A DNA stretch of 64,000 nucleotides. It comes from Laetmonice hystrix. Taxonomy: Eukaryota. Position numbers and translations under genes: made by a program. The first letter of the stretch is position 1. Every line of letters starts with the position of its first letter. The notes beneath the pieces are model-generated. The model was not told where the DNA came from. It ran no database searches and saw only the letters and a list, made by a program, of their open reading frames with translations. Below are positions 19,101 through 31,140 of the stretch, piece by piece. The DNA is taken from assembly GCA_965235115.1 (NCBI GenBank), contig OZ249436.1, positions 48,362,001-48,426,000 of the forward strand, written 5' to 3'.

Positions 19101-19994
19101 AGCCCGGCTGGGAACGTCCTCAGTCCCATTTTGGACATAGGTTGGTAGCCTACCGGGAAAATATGGCTTCCCTAGGCATCCGAGTACCGTATTTTTTTAC
19201 GCCTGCCACCAAATGCAGGTCATTTGTCAGATATGTTGTCCTAAACCTGTCACGCCATGCTTTTCCTATGGAGGGCGTTTAGTTTATCTCCTCCGACGCA
19301 TGGTGTCGCCACTGACAAATCACTGAATTGTGACGCCATCTTTGTTTCACGTCATTACTATGGCCGTTTCCAATCTGTTTGTGTATGGTAATCTGTGGGT
19401 CATCCGACAGCACATTAGCATTTCGTCGTCCTATCTAAACTTATGCTAACGTACTGCAGCAAGGACCGATCACACAGTGCTGCCGCCTTGCGGATTTGAC
19501 TTGAAATCCCCATTGCGCATGCGTCTAATGTACCCCATTTGTATGTGCATGGTATGAGCTTGTATCCTGTAGCCTACTGACAGCTGTCTGTCTAAGTTCT
19601 AACTGATGGAATAAGTCAACAGCTGAGCAAACAAAGGGACCTCAAGAATTGAATATGGGGTGGAGTGTGGGGGGGGGGGGGAGGGGCATATAGGTCAACA
19701 CGTTATTTGATCAAACTCCATCAAGTAATAAGTGTCCTAACATTACAAATTATTTTAGGACACAGCGTTATCACGGGGTTTGACTATAGTTCGTAGGCTC
19801 TACCTCTACAACAAATTAATCTATTCAAATGATAAATTTTTTAGGTGAATTATGTTTGACATCATTAGAAGGGGTAGAGGGCCATATTCCTGATAGTATT
19901 GTTGGGTACCAGTACCAATAGTTATGAGCCTGTATTTTCCAACCTTCCAGAGCTTGTTTGGCCCATGATTGTCAAACTCTTCCCGTACAACTGA
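13122..19994 (+). CDS. TEX47: TEX47/C7orf62-like (DYBLUP/MOT7-type) BLUF-fold protein, 8 exons
   Basis: Exons 13122-13220, 16788-16854, 17276-17379, 17647-17742, 17992-18150, 18332-18395, 18624-18728 and 19951-19994 join in frame. Protein: MGSVIDEKEDSLLEGPRQSLLEVVEERYRTLNKKCLLHRMVLVSKL...EGVTGVLLIYPKHCVQVVEG...SKIIAVAHDIPNRLYQHWSYRVL...PYDVVLDSELVWPMIVKLFPYN*. Confidence 0.8.
13322..13458 (+). repeat. GC-rich 17-bp minisatellite (GGGCATGGCCACGGCC[C/T]), about 8 units
   Basis: Directly visible tandem array in intron 1 of the TEX47-like gene. Confidence 0.92.
13558..14819. mobile_element. Non-autonomous TIR DNA transposon, about 1.26 kb, inserted in an A-run
   Basis: A perfect 20-bp inverted core AATGCACTTTAAGGGTCGCT / AGCGACCCTTAAAGTGCATT lies within ~26-bp GG...CC termini, with A8 on both flanks. 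Internal GGGGTGTGGGGGA(T/A)TTCCCCCAC-type repeats occur 4 times at about 13927-14130. Confidence 0.65.
16892..17180. mobile_element. MITE with TA target duplication (Tc1/mariner-like)
   Basis: TIR CAGTCTGTTCGCTCTAAGAAGAGCT / AGCTCTTCTTAGAGCGAACAGACTG, with TA on both sides. Confidence 0.85.
17743..17991 (+). other. U12-type (minor spliceosome) GT-AG intron
   Basis: The 5' splice site is GTATCCTT. A branch-site-like TCCTTGAT at 17975-17982 lies just upstream of the AG at 17990-17991, with no polypyrimidine tract. The flanking exons join in phase 0 (AHD|IPNR). Confidence 0.8.
18746..19536. mobile_element. Non-autonomous element, GGGG...CCCC termini, AT TSD (ISL2EU/PIF-like), interrupted by a nested element
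   Basis: Termini GGGGAACAT...ATGTACCCC are flanked by AT. Both arms are closely similar to the copy at 47917-48680. Confidence 0.75.
18967..19397. mobile_element. Nested MITE with 7-bp TSD (P-element-like CA...TG ends)
   Basis: 33-bp TIR CACAGATTA(G/C)CATACACAAACAGATTGGAAACG with 1 mismatch. Direct repeat GGTCATC at 18960-18966 and 19398-19404. Confidence 0.88.
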
Positions 19995-21721
19995 CCTTGT
20001 GGAACCTGCACACGGACAGTTTACCACCAGTCACCCAAACCTGGCCAAGGACACACAATGACAACATCTGGGGAAAGATGTCGTTTTTTTAGACAACCTA
20101 TATGCTGTTTCATTACAATCATAGGCAAACTCAGTCCATATCTAGATGGATGTATGGACTTTTTTTTAAAGTAGAGCATTGTATGAGGCTATTCATGTGT
20201 CAATTGTCATAATTATCTTTTATCATATCTAAAAAAATCTATTAAGGTCCAGTGATATATGTACTGAAAGAAATGTGTTCCTTCATATGTTTACATTTAC
20301 AAACAAACGAGTAACTGTGATAGTAGCTTCATTTAATACAAAATATTATGAAATGAAATATGAGGATGCCGCACGTATTGCTGGCTGATGTATTTGCTAT
20401 CAATATACAAGTAGAATATACCGTACTTCACATCACTGACAGATGGCAAGATTATGAATGTTTCAACAGTCACACTTTTATTTTGTGTCTTAATGCATTG
20501 TACAAATACCTTGTCAGAAGATAATGGCATTAAAAAATTATATCTTTAATATATAAATATTTCTATCATGAATTACATAAATAAACTATAAGAACATACT
20601 CATATTGTGCTCTTCTATTCCCACAAGTAAAGATTGTAATGTTCTGGGTTCCTAGAGAGGGCAGTGTAAGGGTTAGGACCGTTCATTTAACGATTTTCAA
20701 GAACGTAAAATTTATACATGCTGCCAATAAAATGCAAATTAGTTATCCACAGAATTTTTTTTAAGACCTTCGGATTTTGATAGGAGTGATTGACAAATCA
20801 AACTTTGATTTCACATTCGCATTTTGACAAATTGGGCACATTACTATTTGAATTATCTTGAAGCTCGAGGGCATGAGTTTTTTGGTTTTGTTTTTTCTTT
20901 CATTATTTTTCTTTTTCTATAGTCTATAATGTCCCCGATGGTTTGTTATACCATGGCCAGTTGTCCCAGTTGAGTTTCCCATTCCACTTCTACATGGCTT
21001 TCATGTTTATCAAATTAACGCAACTTCTCTTTTAACGAACATTTTTAATGGCTGAAAATATTTTCATTGGTAGTAAGGACCTGCTGGCACTATTCCATCT
21101 GTAATATCACGTGACGACGTTATAGGAAGTCACAATCACAGGCCCGAAATATTCTTGTCATGTCAATCAGCAATAATCTCTTCTCTTCTAATTTTATGTA
21201 TCGAGATCATAGAATGTGGTCAAGAGAACTGGAAGAAATCTGGTGTTCTCGCAAAAATATAAAATTATGACCAAAGAATTCCCTTAATTATCATGCAATA
21301 CAATTTGTAAATATATCATCTGTATACATCAGAATATATATCTCAACTTCACACCACTTTTTGTTTTTCCTTACAAGCTACACCGCAAGAGTAGGCTTTC
21401 CTGACCCTGGGATATATATGTCACATGACCTGTCTGAACGCTGCCAACACTGACATTAAAGACGTTCTGTAAGGTCAAGGTCAAGCATCCTGGCTAATGC
21501 ACTTCACAACTTGGCTATCACAAGTACAAGTACTAGAATAGTATTACGATACACTGTTAATTCTTAAAGGAATCACCCAGAAAAATATCTCATTAAAACA
21601 TGCACTTTACAGATCACATTGAATGGTTACCAGTTTAACAGATATGTTAGACAGTGCTCTGGCCAGGGCGTGTTGGGTTTGGCCCAGCCCTGTTCTGGCC
21701 AGCATACATACAGAGGTTCTG

Positions 21722-21918
21722 GGGCCCGTTGCATAAAAACATCCCCGCCCGCTCCGTTAAAATGTCCCGTTAAAATAGCGGGGACCTTTTAGGTGCCCGT
21801 TAAAAAACAACAGTTACCGGGAACATTAGCGGGTGGGAATTTATTATGCAACGCAACGTCCCGTTAACTGACCGTTAGCGGCGGATTTAACGGGCGGGGT
21901 TTTTTATGCAACGCACCC
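21722..21918. mobile_element. Harbinger-type MITE with CTG TSD; degenerate inverted copy at about 9126-9306
   Basis: TIR GGGCCCGTTGCATAAAA / TTTTATGCAACGCACCC with CTG on both sides. The body is shared with the METTL25B intron copy. Confidence 0.8.
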
Positions 21919-23886
21919 CTGGCGCGTGTAGTTTGACAGCAGATATCCTACAAATGTTATAACCTAAGTAATATCTGCTCTCCCATCTCTACATGTGTCG
22001 TATGCCGTATGGTTTAGTTGTCTATGATGTCTTGACTAATGATATTCTTAGGTCAGTTTGGCACTCAAGTTGCTAAGTTGCTTGGATTTAGCTGGTATAT
22101 AATATTTTTATTTACCAGCCAAATATACCGTCATGGTAAATGTTGAGATAATTCTATCCTTTAATCTACTCGTTCTTCATTGTCAGAACAAATTGTGCTG
22201 CCTGATCCTGACAGGAACAATGAAGGCACTTCCTTACAAGGTTACTTCTGTAAACTCGTCAGTTTTCACTGAACTTTATGACAAATAGTACATGCTGGTT
22301 TCTCTACGCAGGAAAATACATTGTAAATCCATTGAAAATAGTGTAATGATATATTTTGACAGATGGTAGCAGGGAGCTTTCTGAAATCCTGGTATGATGC
22401 TTGTGGCGAGTTATTATTTTGTTGTTGCCCTTGACTGACTAGCAGCACCAATGTAAGTAAACACAACAGACATACACTTGACAATGTTATACACAAAGCT
22501 CACTTAAAGCATGCTCATTATATGAGTTCAGTTAGGACGGACCTTAGATTGCCTAAACTTTTCTCATGTTCCCTCATGTTTGCTCTAGCTTTTGTTTGCT
22601 GTAGTTGTATTCTGGCTGTGCACCTGAACAAGCAGCCCATAAAGTTTTAAATTTCAACTCTGTGTGTCCTCTATGTGTGAGCATCTCATCGGTTTCACAA
22701 CCGACTGAAGCCTTTTAATGTCTTTACAAGAATTTTTTAAGTAAAGATTATAACACGTAACAGAGCTCTTACACTTGTGAAAAACACCCCAAACACTACA
22801 CACACTGTTTACACAAGAATCTATTTGGAAAGGAAATGGTAAATTTTCAAGACCTCTTGTAAAGCTTCCAGACTAGAGGTAAACCTTCATGACCTGTAAT
22901 AAATCATTGAACTGTCCTGACCTCTTGTAAATGTTCAAGACCTCTTGTAAATGTTCAAGACCTGTATATCCATGTGATTCTGAAGAGAGGTATATAAGCC
23001 TACTTCCCCCTTATGCCCTGCTATCCCAGTGGATGATGAAGGATCTGCCCTTAATGTCAAGTCACGGTCATGCTCTTTCATAGCTTCTTTATGATCTATC
23101 TCTATACATGTACTTGTCTGGCACAGATTTAGATGCATTCTTTTTATATGTTGGAAGTTTAGATCATATCGTGTCAATTTGTCTATACATCACAAATCAC
23201 ATAATATTTAAGGTAACACTAAATCACTCAATCCAAGTCACTGAAAGATCTGGAAGGAACCCTGCAGATGAACCCGAATCTTATCAATATTACATGTTCA
23301 TCTTCTACAAGGTCACCAATTTGTCCAGCATACATGCCTGCAACTTGGAAATGTTCTCGTCGAAAACCTTCCAAGGTGTTTACTCTATGTTTGAGGCTTT
23401 TCTGAGAATATCTTAAAGGATGACACTGTTTCAGTGAGATAAGTGACTCAGTTCCAAAAATTAGAGAAATTAAACAAAGTAATTATGCATGTTTTTCTTG
23501 TATGCCTAAGAAGTTCTTCAACCATTGTCCAGAAAGGCACAATTTTTGTGGCATGCATTCTTACATCAGCAAGGGATCATGTGGTTAAAATAGGAAAACA
23601 GCTGTTGCATTTTTCTTGTTTCAATCGACTGATGTAGAATTGATACGGGTACACATGCTGGTAGACAGTCCTGGACAGTGGACTTGTCCCACAGTCTAGT
23701 GCTATATTAAAACTTCCCAGAGCCATCTTTTCATAACTCCTTGGTATTTCTAATATTTTTAAACTTGCATCAAAGATGACGGAGCTGACAGTGCTTACGG
23801 TGCAGAGATCTCAGTAATTTGTCTGGTCCAACAGAAAGTTTATCCACCGACACGCCAGCAGAGAGTCAGGGTGCCACCAGATGGCG

Positions 23887-26342
23887 TTACCTCAACAAGA
23901 CATCCTGGTACATGGCACCCCCTAGGAGGTGTTTGCAGACGGCACAGTAGTGAAAGACAGCACCCACAAACACAAAGCAATGCCAGATGGCGTGAGCGAA
24001 CGGGATGAGGCCGTCACACTTGAAGAAGACAACGCCAAAGATGTAGATGGCGCCACCAGTTGCCATCTCGTAGAGCCCAGAACTTTCCTTCTATAAACAT
24101 AAACATTAACAAACTGTATTGAATTCTATTGAAATCACTACTAAAAAGAACAAAAATCAAATTGTAATAAAATTATTATCCTGCTACATGCACTTAATTC
24201 AGAAACCAAAGAATTGAGAAATTACAATTGATGTGATCAGGACTGACATGTTTAATAAGGATGTCATCACTCCAACCCAAGGCAGCATGTCCCGACTCTT
24301 TATCCTCTAAACTGTCAGGGTCCCTACCCTTGGAGTTAACTGGTCCACACTCCAACTACACAGACTCTTCATTCAAGGTTACTGTGATCCAGCGAGGTCT
24401 ACTCACCATGGCAGCAATGATGATACTCGGGCACACCCCCATAATCAGGTAGAACAGGGTTTCTAATCCCTTGTATCTGAAACATTCATCATAAGCACAT
24501 TAGCGAAGGGGTGTAAAAGAGTGAAGAGCTGAGGTCAGCCAACGTTTTTATGAGGACGATTTAAATGAATTCACAGCCCTCCACTTCCAGGGAAGAAACC
24601 TCCTTGTAAAACCTAAAATTTGTTTGCTTCACTGGAGTCCTTACTCCATCTTCACCTTGCTTCCCTCAGTTGTAGATCATTCACAACAAATTAAGTATTG
24701 AAAATGTCAGTAACTTACCGCTCATGGAATATGTACTGGTAGCAGATACCAGCTGCGGCTCCAAGCCACACAACCCAGAGACCAACAGTTCCCCAACCAT
24801 GTAGGTCTTTCAGTATCAACCTATGGAAATAATGGTTGATTTAGAAAAATTATATACAAACTTCTAGCAAAGAAAATATCCGTCAGGCATTTCACTCCAA
24901 CAAAATGTATTAAAATAGGCTACCTGTCATTTTCCCTTGTTATATCACCACTGATGTCATCAACTGACTGGATCATGTTATGTGACACTGACAATACAAC
25001 TGCGGAATGGTCCTTATTAAAAAGGATTACCATCAATCCCTAACTTGCTGTAAGAACACGGGACTAGACAAACAGTCCAGAAGTTGGTTAACCAGCCACC
25101 ACTAGGTGGCACTGCAGGTTTGTTAGCCTCAAATGGAGACCCTGGTGGCTGGTGAGAAACACTACACTACCCTGTGTCTATATCTGCAAGGCACTGACCT
25201 GCTGCAATGTATTTCAATATACCGTCTGGCGTCACCCTCGTTATACAGCCAATGGTGCCTGTGTCCCAAGGTTGGCGTTATAACGAGGGAGAACTGTATT
25301 CTCTACAGCAGACATGGTATTTCTCTGTTGTCTGCTCTTGTATACATGTATGTACACAATCTAAGATTAGACTTTAGGGAGACAGGCCTAAGCAACAACT
25401 ACCCAGTAAGTGTAACTGTCAAAGGTTGTCAAATAATAATACTAAATGGGACAGCACTGACCATGGAGTGTATGACGCTGCAATGAAGACATAGATGATC
25501 GCACGGTCTCCGATGTGGAAGAATTCACGCAGGCCCCTGGAAAAACCGATACTGAATATGTCAGATCCTGTCATGGATACTTTCTATCCTATAAAACTCC
25601 TAAATAAGGTTCCAGTTCTCAAATAAATTAGGATAAATTTATAGAATGCAATCCATTTAATTCTTCCATACTATATCCTATATTTTAGACACAAAGTTTT
25701 CATTAGGGATGAAACAATTTATCAATATATTGGAGCATCGCAATATACTGTGTCTAATAATATGATACAGCAACAGTAATGCCAACCTTTCGATACAAAA
25801 TTATAGTTATGACAAACTTGGTAAAATTACCTCTTACAGCCAATTTCTGAGACTGTCTGGCTATCTCACCTGAACTTGCCACTATGGTAAGACAGCATGT
25901 GGAATGTTGTAGATGTGATGAACAGCACCAGTATTGAAGTTCCGTAAACGAAAGCTGTCCAGAACTGGAGACGTGTTGTCGTCAACGACAACATCCAAAT
26001 GAGACCGAGGATTGCTGGGGCGATGATCAACTAAAACATTTAATACCACTTGCCCTTATTTCTGCCGTTGTATCCCATCATTTATTTTCTATGCTTAGTG
26101 TTGGTGGAGAGAAGCTGTGTCCATAAAATATGGTAATCTCAAAAAGAAAAAAAAGGCGAAAAGCAAATTTATTGAACAAATTTCTAGACAACCAGTTCTC
26201 CAGTATATCACTCTGACAAGAGTTAACTATTTTTTTCAAGTTTTCTGTATTGTAACTCACCCCATGAGTGAGCATGTTAGCAATGTGTTCAAACTTGGTG
26301 GGGATGTAGGCCTGACCCGGCCTGGCCCGGCTATTCATGAAC
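23887..26342 (-). CDS. MMD: Monocyte-to-macrophage differentiation factor (PAQR10/11, haemolysin-III family); N-terminal exon(s) upstream uncertain
   Basis: Exons 26342-26261, 26030-25870, 25536-25462, 24820-24719, 24476-24407 and 24090-23887 join in frame. Motifs: FMNSRA..AYIPTKFEHIANMLTHG, STTFH, DRAIIYVFIAASYTPWL, FHERYK, FFKCDGLIPFAHAIWHCFV. Confidence 0.92.
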
Positions 26343-26971
26343 CTACAACACAAAACAATACATCTTAGTCCAACAATCAACAATACATTCAAGCAGAGTC
26401 ACAGCAGTCACTATAATAAGTTTCATGAGACATTAACCTACAACAATATTCAGGGGAAAGGTCTTACCTCATGCCTTTAACCTTTGCCGCTAAAACTAAA
26501 ATGGAACTTAGGGTGTATTTGAAATAACTGACTTCAAATACGCACTAAAATTGAGATGTTCACCACAGCAAAACCTTACTCTGACTGAGTGTTAACTGTT
26601 ATTCACCTGACAAAGTATTATTATGTATCCTCAAGTACACCATTCAACTCCATCACAATACACCCACATTTAATAGTGGCTCTGCATAATAGTTCTCAGT
26701 TCAAGTGCCAGCCAAGTTGCCATGCAGCAAGTTAAGCAGTAGGCCTACTTATGACAGTTATGTGTTCCAGGGACCATTTCACTAAGCACTCATAATCATA
26801 TTTGACCAGCGTGCCAAGACAGGCAGTGGCAGTGCCTGTCTGACTGTCACAGTGTAGCTTAGTCCGGTGTCACGGTCTGTTTTCTACGCAGTCTGAAATC
26901 TCCGGTAGGGTGGCTGCAGAGTCGTGCGTATTTGTATCGTTCTCGATAAACTATCCGAAATATCAGGTCAG

Positions 26972-27128
26972 GGGCCGGTTTTACTAGAGTCGATAATAAC
27001 GACGTTGATAATTTAACATAGTTCTATGTGAATGGTTGCTAGGTCAAAAACAACAACCTAGCAACCATTCACTTCTATGTTAAATTATCGACGTCATTAT
27101 TATTGACCCTTACTTGTAAAACTGGCCC
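26972..27128. mobile_element. Palindromic MITE (Harbinger-like, CAG/CTG flanks)
   Basis: Nearly the whole element is an inverted repeat: GGGCCGGTTTTAC...GTAAAACTGGCCC outside and GTGAATGGTTGCTAGGT / ACCTAGCAACCATTCAC inside. Confidence 0.75.
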
Positions 27129-28931
27129 CTGGATTGAGTCTCACGTAATTAAACCCTTTTCTCCTCTGTCAGTTTTGGTCCATAGTTTGCCTATCCAGGC
27201 TGTCGTTTATTACTGTTTGGAAGAAACCTCCACCGCCCATATGCATCAGGTAGCAGATGACCGGAGGTGTGAGTCCAAACTGCGACACACGCGTCCTCAC
27301 TTTAGTCTTAGACTTAGTCAGGTTCGGCCTCTAAACAATAGGAAACCATGCACCCGGAGATTGCAGACTGGCGGAGAAAACAGACTGTGACACCGGCTGT
27401 AGTAAGTAGGCCTAACAATATTTAGCCGGCATTTTGGAGCGGTCATGGTCGATTAAGCTTCAATCACGTGGGATAATATAGTATACTCTTAATGTTTCTA
27501 TGCTACCTGGCTAAATAAGAATTAAGATATAGCCGACACCGAGACAGAAATAAAAATACCATGGCATAGCCATAGGCCTAGACTACACAAGAAAATCTTA
27601 TTTAGCCGTCATCGGCTAAATTACACTCAGCAACACTGCCTTGAAGTTGGAAGTTTGTTGACAATGGAACTTCGACTCATTCAAACACTTTCAAACCGTA
27701 TCTAAGTTACTCCAAACCATAGACATGATTCTACTATATTCAGGTCTAGATCTAGGGCCTATGTCCAAACCACAGGAGTCTAACACATTCATTCGCTGTG
27801 TTCAGTGTGTTGTGGTCCAAACACAGAGTCCGAGAGTAAACAAAGTTGAAAGTAGGACCGACGTTGAGGACACCACCGTAAACAGTCACTGATACCTACC
27901 AAGGCGTCACGATCTTACACTCTGTGTAACACATTGTCGTTCAGTTCACATCTAGGCCAAAGGACCCCAAAGGAAACTCAGAGTAAGCCTAATCAAGAAC
28001 AAAAGACAAGAAACTTTGTCCCTGGCCGCGGCCTAGGCCTGCCTCCCTCTCCCCATCCGTACATCGTGACGTAGCTTGGCGTGTCACGTGATCACGGCTG
28101 GCATGCGACCGGGCTGGTTCCCTGCCTCATGGAATACCCCCCCCCCCCCCCCCCCCCCCCCCCCGCCAGTCGGGATTCCCTCGGCTCGGGCATGCTTTCT
28201 CAAACCGGTCTGATATAGATTGATCTAGCTCCTGGCCATTCAAATACTTCTAAGTTCTAGTGTCGTATGGTTTAGTTGTCTATTTTACGAGCCCCTAAAA
28301 ATGTCTCTGGGCCGAAGGGGGGGGGGGGGGGGATTCACAGCCCAGCAAGTTGTTTGACCGGATAACTAGCTATATCATAGTATATGGCCGTCCTGGATGT
28401 GGCAAAGGGGACGTGAAATAACGGGGAATTGGTAAAACTGTACTACTGTATTATTGGGGTAGCAAACCTGTGGTACTCTCGAGTTATCCTTGACCTAGAT
28501 TACTGGTAGCTCTCATTAAAATTAATCGAAATGCACTATAATATTGTAATAATCAGTATTACAGTAGATGGCGACAGGATTGGGTAGATTGAGCTGGGTT
28601 TATTAGTACACATCTTTACATGCAGGTCAGATTACGCTCCGTGCAATCCTCCCTGCAAGAAATCACATTTCTCCAGAATGGAGCACAAATATCAAATATA
28701 ACAAGTACTAAGTAGCCGTAGGATCGTAGGATCTTGGACAAATTGTTGTTAGCTTTGAAGACTACCATTGCAAGTTTCAGGGGCCTTATTTACTCTGCCA
28801 CGATCTGGGAAATCATCCGATGTGGCATGTCATCCTTCAACATTCCCAAATAATGAAGTCCTCTTTAATTGTTAACCTCTGCCCTGGGTTGTGCTAGAAC
28901 CTGCACAGGCTGACCATTGGCGAATCTCGGG

Positions 28932-29772
28932 CAGTGGCGTAGCTGGGGTCTTTATGGTAAGGGCACCTGGGGGGCACGCCCTCCTATTGGGGGGGGGGTC
29001 TTTATGGTAGGAGGGCACCTGGGGGGCACGCCCTCCTATTGGGGGGGGGGGGGGCACACGTGCAGATGGAAAAATAAAAAGATCTTTTGGCCAAATGAGT
29101 GACGAAGGCACGATCAGCATAGCTGGGGGGCCTGGAGCCCCCAGGAAAATGTTGAAATTTCAGGTTATTTGAGGGACCTTTAGTGCATTTTAGAACATAG
29201 CTAGGGGTATGGTGGCATGATCCCCAGGAAAAGTTTGAAATTTCAGGTTATTTTGGGGACCTATAGTGCATTTTAGAACACAAAATAAGGTATATGGCAG
29301 GAACGTTGAAGTTTTCCTGAGTAGAGGTGGTGAGAAATTACCAGAGCAAGAATAGTAGAATAGATGAATAGATATCTATTCTAGACTATTCTTGACCAGA
29401 GTGCCAATTTTGAGGATTAAGACTGGACTACTTGACCAAGGTAGGCTAGGCCTATCTTCTTTTATTTGTACCTATGTCGATATGGTTAATTAATAAAGGA
29501 AGAGTCTGGGCTAAATCATATTTGAAGGCCAGAGTTCTTTTCCTGACCATACTGACATAAAACCAAAATGTCCCTGGAGAAGAGATCATAATGGACAATA
29601 AAATCTATGCGCCCTGCACAAGAATCTGCATGCACAGGTAGGCCTACACAGGTAGGCCTAATTGCAAAATCAAGAGTGGGGGGGGGGGGGGGGGGGGCGG
29701 CCCGGGGCACCAACCTTGACTGGGGGGGGGGGGGCACGTGCACCCCGAGGCCCCCTCATGGCTACTCCACTG
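28932..29772. mobile_element. Non-autonomous hAT-like element, 8-bp TSD
   Basis: Termini CAGTGGCGTAGC / GCTACTCCACTG; flanks ATCTCGGG / GTCTCGGG; internal tandem duplications and poly-G tracts. Confidence 0.8.
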
Positions 29773-30216
29773 GTCTCGGGTACAAGACTTGACCTTCAAC
29801 TGAAACATGAATCAATAGGTAGCCTATACTTTTTATTTTTTATTTTTTAGTTCAATATCAATTAGACGTGAATCATTAGAAGGGGCTAGACACGTACGAG
29901 GGCCGATACTGGCTATACTTAAAGTTACGGTACTATGACTTAAAAAATCAATATACTTGTTATGTCTTTCCAGACTGCAAAATGCTTCTCCCCTCTTTTT
30001 AGATATATCCAGGCCATATCTTATAAGTATGTTTTCTAATTAGATGCAGCAACAGTGTGCATTGTCCAATATCGTACATTCCACGTCTTCGGCATTGTTG
30101 TATGTGTAGGAGGCTGGCATCATATCCTTATAAATGAAGTGTTCTCGGAACCACTGCTTTTTGTTTTCTCTTTTGACAAAGTTGGGAGGAATGTTTCTGC
30201 TTGATGCACCGTTTCA

Positions 30217-31140
30217 TCATGCGTATGAATGGTCAATCATTTGCACCGGCTGAGAGATGATTGATTGAGTGTTGGGTTTTTTATCCCCATAAAATTGATA
30301 AATGCGATCGGATGGAGGTTTGATTGTGTATACTTTAATTAGTGTCTTTTCACTAGGGCTATGCCTACTGTAAATGTGATCAGAGTCAGAATGCTTTTCA
30401 TCCTCAAACTCATCAGGAATTATTGTTCTACAATCTTGTTCGTTGATGGCGGGTTTTGGTAATATTGGGACAAAAGATAACTTTCTCTCGCTCGTCTTGC
30501 TGCTGGTGAGTTTGCTGGCCTCCCCGATCTTGGTGCGTCGGCCTAACGTTAGGGCTACCGATTGTTTGGTGGGGTGTTGAGTGGGTTGTACTGGCGACTC
30601 CACCACCAGCTTGTAGTGCAGGGTCGGCGAAGGAGCTGAAGATGTCACTCTAGGACTAGGAGTAGGAGGTAGCAATGATTGTGCCTTTTGTGTGAAGTTT
30701 TGAGGTAGCAATGATTGTGCCTTTTGAGGAAGCAATGATTGTGCCTTTTGAGGAAGCAATGATTGTGCCTTTTGAGGTAGCAATGATTGTGCCTTTTGAG
30801 GTAGCAATGATTGTGCCTTTTGAGGTGTCCTTGTTGGTGTCTTTGACAGGTGCACTCCTTTTTCTTTTGCCTTTGAAGTATGGCTTGAAATATCACTGGC
30901 CACACGTTTGCTTACCCTAGCCGCATTTGCCTGACACAAATTTCTGAAGGCAGAAGACTTGCTGTGCAAGGTTATCAATCTGCGATCACAGTTGCGGCAG
31001 ATGATCCCATTCTCGACAGTTACTCCTCCGTATTTCTCCAACAAAATACTGATATTTCTGTCAATCTTTTTCCCGAATGGAACTCCAACCCCACATACAA
31101 TACAATTGTTAAACGCTTTCGCCTTTCTGGGTGTAGACAT
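30217..31140 (-). CDS. Intronless 307-aa ORF with N-terminal CxxC...CxxC zinc finger and low-complexity tail; probably a transposon-derived remnant
   Basis: CIVC-x31-CRNC followed by a helix (RRLITL...FRNLC), PQKAQSLL repeats, and DHIY and DHSY motifs. The ORF ends at TGA TGA with no catalytic domain visible and sits among MITEs. Confidence 0.5.
   Translation of the reverse strand: MSTPRKAKAFNNCIVCGVGVPFGKKIDRNISILLEKYGGVTVENGIICRNCDRRLITLHSKSSAFRNLCQANAARVSKRVASDISSHTSKAKEKGVHLSKTPTRTPQKAQSLLPQKAQSLLPQKAQSLLPQKAQSLLPQKAQSLLPQNFTQKAQSLLPPTPSPRVTSSAPSPTLHYKLVVESPVQPTQHPTKQSVALTLGRRTKIGEASKLTSSKTSERKLSFVPILPKPAINEQDCRTIIPDEFEDEKHSDSDHIYSRHSPSEKTLIKVYTIKPPSDRIYQFYGDKKPNTQSIISQPVQMIDHSYA
30667..30826 (-). 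repeat. 24-bp coding tandem repeat (QKAQSLLP) about 6 times
   Basis: Plus-strand unit TTTTGAGG(T/A)AGCAATGATTGTGCC. Confidence 0.92.

Noticed and set aside
22847..22963. 20-bp tandem repeat AAGACCTCTTGTAAATGTTC downstream of the MMD stop
   Set aside because: Real, but only 2-4 degenerate copies; no evidence of function.
28137..28333. Long poly-C and poly-G runs as G-quadruplex regulators
   Set aside because: Such runs occur throughout the window, mostly inside repeats, and their length may be affected by sequencing error.
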